This document shows positions 59,624-64,000 of a stretch of DNA of 64,000 nucleotides, in pieces. Source of the DNA: a virus (Duplodnaviria > Heunggongvirae > Uroviricota > Caudoviricetes). How positions within the stretch are numbered: position 1 is the first letter of the stretch; every line of letters starts with the position of its first letter. The stretch lies in the IMG/VR virus record IMGVR_UViG_3300015615_000629, positions 304,711 to 368,710 of that record; one strand, written 5' to 3'. The position numbers and the translations under genes were made by a program. Below the pieces are notes generated by a model that had not been told where the DNA came from, did not search any database, and was given only the letters and a program-made list of their open reading frames with translations.

Positions 59624-60952
59624 GTCGATTCCTCGATTTGAATCCTTAATTTCAACTCTTTCAAAAGAAGCGGCAGGTTATTTATGGCTTCAGTTACCAA
59701 CTCTCTTTCTGGTTTTTTGAAGCCTTCCCATTCTTTGTCAAAAGAACCGCTGTCCTCAAACGAGGCTACTATTCCATTTCTATTTGGATATCCTACATTA
59801 GGAACGTTTGGGCTAGTAATGAAATACTGACTTTTCCAAACGGAAGCCCCAAAAAGACCTCTGTGTGCTTCTATTTTCCAAGGCCCTTTTTTGGCCTTTT
59901 CTAATAAGCCTTCAAGTTTTTCGATAAGTTTAAGTAATTCTTCGTTCATTTTATCTGAGACAAAATAGCACCAACGACATTGTTAACCCCACCTTTTACC
60001 AAGATCATTTGACAGTTATTCTTCTTGGCGGCGAGTCTCGCTTGGTCATTTATAGAATGACTGACAAAATTCTTCCAGACGAAAATTATATCAGCATTGG
60101 TCGGAAACGAGTCTGGTACGACACGATCCTTGTCTAAAAACACCAAAGATGCGAGATCTCCAACTTTTTCTTCAATGATACGCTGCTGCTGAGGCAAAGG
60201 CCCTGCCACCACAAATCGTGGTTTTGTGGTTTTGGGTTTCGATTGAATAACTGGCGTATAGGTGTTCGCAACCTGGGGAACTGGAGTTGGTTTTGTGATT
60301 AACTTGGAGATTAAATCAAAAACAGACCCACTTTGCCCACCGAGATTTTCTGCCAACTTTTCTGCTGTGATTCCAATTAACTTCGGAAGCCCAACTTGAG
60401 ATACGAGCGATTCTACGTCGAATTTCTCGGTTATCTCGTTCAAAGAGACGTTTTCTAATACGGTTTTGCCAAATCTTTGAACTATTTCTTCAGTGGTGAG
60501 TTGCGATAAGATATCATCTCTGGTAGGGACTTCTGGAAGGGTTTCTAAGCGTTGATGCAATGAAGTTACTTCTTCAAGAGCATCTTCTGCTTCTTGCATT
60601 CTTCTCTCTAGCCGAGTGGTTAACTCGGTCAGGTGCATTAAGGCACCGATTTTCCGCCGTCTGTTTTCTGGAAATTGAGCCATCACCCGATTGACAATTT
60701 GGGTGAGCGATAAATCAAATTTCTTTCGATAAATTGGCCCGCACAAATCTGCCAACCGATCCCATTCCTCCTCAGTCCAAACCACCCGTTGTTCGCACTT
60801 TTTTCTGGATTTTTTCTCCTGCCCTTCTTGAATTGTTGGCTTAATATGCGGCGGAATTAATGGGGTTTTTGGTGCTTGTGCGGCCCGTTCATTCACTTTG
60901 TTTTGAATTTCTCGGACACGTTGTAAGATATCATTGCTTTTCGCTGTCGTTT

Positions 60953-61426
60953 TCATGAAAACATCCTAACTTCCGTTGCTATGTTAGTTGGCACATTCCA
61001 ATCTTCTGTCCATTCAAAAAGGTCTTTCTCTGCGGGCCGTATTCTAGTCAATTTTCTTTGTTCGCAAAAGGCCCGAATGCATGTTAGACTACATCGGTAT
61101 ATTTCAGTAGTCGTGTGTTTTGAATCGATTCTTTCAAGATACGTCCAGAGTAAGGCAACTGGATCGTCAGCCCCACTTAGTTGAGCATTTTTAAATGCTT
61201 TTAGATACATGGCTACTGGTAGCAGTCCATATTTTATTGAGCATTTCATTGCTGCCGCCCCTACCGCAGCACTCTTACGCCTCGGCATTGCGGTTTCAAT
61301 AAGATTGACTAGCCAAGTCCATCTTTGCAGAAATACTTTCCTGTCTTCGTCTTTAATTAGACGTTTTGACATGCCTTTCATAACAACCGTGCATAAAGCG
61401 GCTTTTTTTTCTTCTTTGACTCGCAT
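60953..61426 (-). CDS. Hypothetical protein (paralogue of 63535..63996)
   Basis: Shared DP...L..(W/Y)L...YR..LT.....E.R.L..I...E.D.FEW. Confidence 0.65.
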   Translation of the reverse strand: MRVKEEKKAALCTVVMKGMSKRLIKDEDRKVFLQRWTWLVNLIETAMPRRKSAAVGAAAMKCSIKYGLLPVAMYLKAFKNAQLSGADDPVALLWTYLERIDSKHTTTEIYRCSLTCIRAFCEQRKLTRIRPAEKDLFEWTEDWNVPTNIATEVRMFS

Positions 61427-62439
61427 TATTCGTTCCCAAGTCGGTAAGTCACAGCGGTATCTGCTAAATCACCAGCGAAGTTCGAGGCCATTACCAGAAT
61501 CGGTTTTATGAAAATCTTCTTTCTTAATTCTGCTTTTGGCCCATAAGGTTGCATTTTGAAATGCCCTCTTCTCCAATGCGGAGCGGGCGACTCCCTAGAA
61601 TCGCCATATTCTTTTGAAGCCTCGGATTTATCGGTATCGTATAATTTTATGTTTTGCTCAAACTCACAAAGATAAACGGCTACTTTTTCATCAAGTAGCC
61701 GCTTTGCTCTTTCTGCTTTTCTTGCATTTTTACTTCTTGCAAGTTTTTGTTGTTTTCTTATTGCTTCGTTATTCGATAAATTGATCCTTACTCCATAAAC
61801 CGTCATTAGTAGTGAGAAATTATAAGCAAGTCTTTGAACTAATTCGGCTACTTCGAAATCTGTTTCTCTAAATTGTTTCTCTGGACGGGTTAATTTGAAA
61901 GCGTGTTCAATTGTCTTGTATTCTGGCCTGTTTGTTAAGCTGTTTACTATTACATTATCCGGATTAAACCAAGCGATAGCACAAACTATATTCGTTTCTT
62001 TAAATGAGATAACGTATTTCGGAGCCTCTGTGGAATATCGCCTTTCAAGAAGGTCTCTATAAAGTTTGGGCAGTTCTATAATGAGAACGGGAAAAGGTTG
62101 CTCATAATCTGCTATCGAGATGTTGATTTCTGTGTTTTCGATAGCCAGACAATGGTCTAGGTCTGGTTGGAACAGTTTATGTCCCGATGCCAATGACTTT
62201 GCTGCAATATATAGGAATGTTTTATCAACCCCTGTTGGGGCTAGCCTTTTGGTTGATTCAATTGCATCTCTGATTGTTTGATGGCCAAATTCTTCGACTT
62301 CTTTCTGGGTTGGGATAAGAGATTCAGCATTTACGGCAATTTCAACGCCTTGTGGATTGGTATCAAAAGACACCCACTCTCGCCGGCCAAGCCAACGGAG
62401 TTGCTTATTGTACCGAGATGGGAAGAAGTTTTCAATCAA
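61426..62439 (-). CDS. Phage protein with C-terminal HxRRGH motif
   Basis: SPAPHWRRGHFKMQPYG...IFIKP. Confidence 0.65.
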   Translation of the reverse strand: MIENFFPSRYNKQLRWLGRREWVSFDTNPQGVEIAVNAESLIPTQKEVEEFGHQTIRDAIESTKRLAPTGVDKTFLYIAAKSLASGHKLFQPDLDHCLAIENTEINISIADYEQPFPVLIIELPKLYRDLLERRYSTEAPKYVISFKETNIVCAIAWFNPDNVIVNSLTNRPEYKTIEHAFKLTRPEKQFRETDFEVAELVQRLAYNFSLLMTVYGVRINLSNNEAIRKQQKLARSKNARKAERAKRLLDEKVAVYLCEFEQNIKLYDTDKSEASKEYGDSRESPAPHWRRGHFKMQPYGPKAELRKKIFIKPILVMASNFAGDLADTAVTYRLGNE

Positions 62440-63534
62440 CGTTGACCATGTCGGTAAGTTGTTGGCGAAGCGATTCTAGCGACTTTTCACCATCATCTTT
62501 GGCAGCCACATATGTGTTTTTATCATTTTGAAGTGTTTGATATTCTTTAGACAATTCAAGGATTTTTCCCTGAATTTCGCTCAGGCGAAGCTCACATTTT
62601 CGAATTTCAGTTTCTGCTTCTTTGACTTCTTTTTCGATTCGATCATAGTTGTCTAAAATAGGCTGCAATTCATCAATTTTGTCAATAATTACCTGCTCCG
62701 CTGGTTCGATGGGAGCGGCTGGAGTGGATTTCCTAAAATCCAACAATTCTTTTGTTTCCTGCTTTTTCAAGTAATTGATACGAGTTTTACCAAGCGGGGT
62801 CAGCGTGAAATGTGTAATTGTGGCTTTAGATTGTTCGAACAATTTTTGGGAAAATTTTGGTGTTACGTATTTTTCTTCTCCCAATCCGTGCATAATAACC
62901 CCGCAAAGCCTTGGGATACTGTTATAGTGTATCGATGCTTTGACAAAAGCTGATAAATTTAACTCTTGGTCAAGTGCCTTAACGGCATCACGGCGCTTAA
63001 TTTCACCATTTTTATCGAAATGAGTCTCTAAACTGAGCAATGCCAAATCTAGGATTCTTTTATTCTTTCCGGCATCACGAGTGTAAGGGTTTAAAACATC
63101 TAGATCGGTGTTCATTTTAGGCTCTTCATCAGAAGTTTCAGGCACTTCCGAATCCGTATCAAAGGCAAGAAGTTTCAAGTATTCATCCTGTACTCGACGC
63201 TGTTCTTTGGATCGTAGTCGTCCAAAGACATGGCCCACAGATATGGATTTGGGCGGTGTTAAATGGCCTTCCCAGCAGCCATTGTCTGTACGTACTCTGG
63301 CTACAATATTTTTTCGATTTTGTTGAATCGCCTCAAACTTTCCAGAAATTCCTTTGCCGGATTTGCCGACAACAAGAAATTCCCATGTATCATGCCAACC
63401 CAAACCAGCAAGGATACGCCCAAGAATCTCGGCGATTTCCTTGCTGGTTTGGGTGTCGGAAAGTCTTGAGACTGCAATTTGAAGCGGTCTGTGCGTCAAC
63501 TTATGGGTTCTCCATAGATCAGCACTTGTCTAAA

Positions 63535-63996
63535 TTAGGGCTTTGCAGGAACCTGCCACATCGGAAGCCACTCAAAGATGTCGGTTTCACATTCGAAAAT
63601 GTTTCGCAATTCTCGATCTTCGAGATAGCGGTTGACAGCAGTCAAGGCTTTGCGATAAACCGTGATTCCGCTGGTATTTTTGGTTCTGATGAGCCACTTG
63701 TAGAGAACACCAGCCGGATCAGTAGGGCTTGCGAACATGGTGTTTTTCAGGCGGTAACAGAACGGTTCCAGCCGTTCCTGTCCATACCATAGAGCCGCCT
63801 TGCAAACAGCCGCCACGACATCTGCCCGTTGTCCAGGTAGAGCGTGCAACCCCCAACGAATCAAATCCTTGTGGATCATGCAGAATTCAGCAATCTCCGT
63901 TTCGCTGAAACGAGTGATGCTGCCGGTTCCACGCATCATCGAACGTGCCAGAGAAGGCATTTTCGAAGTTTGGGTCTCATTGATCACAAGACGCAA
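63535..63996 (-). CDS. Hypothetical protein, probably 5'-truncated by the window edge
   Basis: Open to the end of the window; paralogous to 60953..61426. Confidence 0.6.
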   Translation of the reverse strand: MRLVINETQTSKMPSLARSMMRGTGSITRFSETEIAEFCMIHKDLIRWGLHALPGQRADVVAAVCKAALWYGQERLEPFCYRLKNTMFASPTDPAGVLYKWLIRTKNTSGITVYRKALTAVNRYLEDRELRNIFECETDIFEWLPMWQVPAKP

Positions 63997-64000
63997 TTTG

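Noticed and set aside
1-64000. Stop-codon reassignment, common in large phages
   Set aside because: Recognisable genes (tyrS, nrdJ, Rad50, NADAR) are full length in the standard code, and TAG, TGA and TAA all end genes at sensible positions. No canonical suppressor tRNA was found.
1-64000. CRISPR array
   Set aside because: No run of regularly spaced identical repeats was seen. The repeats found are pairwise and lie in coding sequence or tRNA arms.

Overview
This window looks like part of a very large (jumbo/huge), T4-related phage genome. It is AT-rich and dense with short hypothetical ORFs, mostly on the minus strand. A plus-strand DNA-metabolism block at 48.5-57.6 kb holds a LAGLIDADG endonuclease, Mre11/Rad50, dCMP deaminase, class II RNR and a Holliday junction resolvase. 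A Planctomycetota host is my tentative inference. The window carries a translation-maintenance toolkit: 21 tRNA genes found by eye (many atypical), 2 tRNA-shaped RNAs without a normal anticodon, TyrRS, YqeY, an RNA ligase-like protein and a Pnk-like kinase. Top finding: an unannotated 29-codon leader ORF (37343-37432, minus) is followed by mutually exclusive hairpins, an intrinsic terminator and a boxA-like site at the head of the main tRNA run. Its 23 central codons use only, and all of, the 11 amino acids served by the downstream tRNAs. This suggests a ribosome-stalling attenuator that switches the tRNA array on when any of those tRNAs fails. Also notable: 12 dispersed paralogues of a Cys-containing Prok-E2_D-like protein, five proteins with T4-type capsid-targeting N-termini, two promoter classes that give near-leaderless mRNAs, several orphan antitoxin-like modules, NADAR and OGFr genes inside the array, and several unexplained structured RNAs. 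All calls come from reading the sequence; no searches were run.
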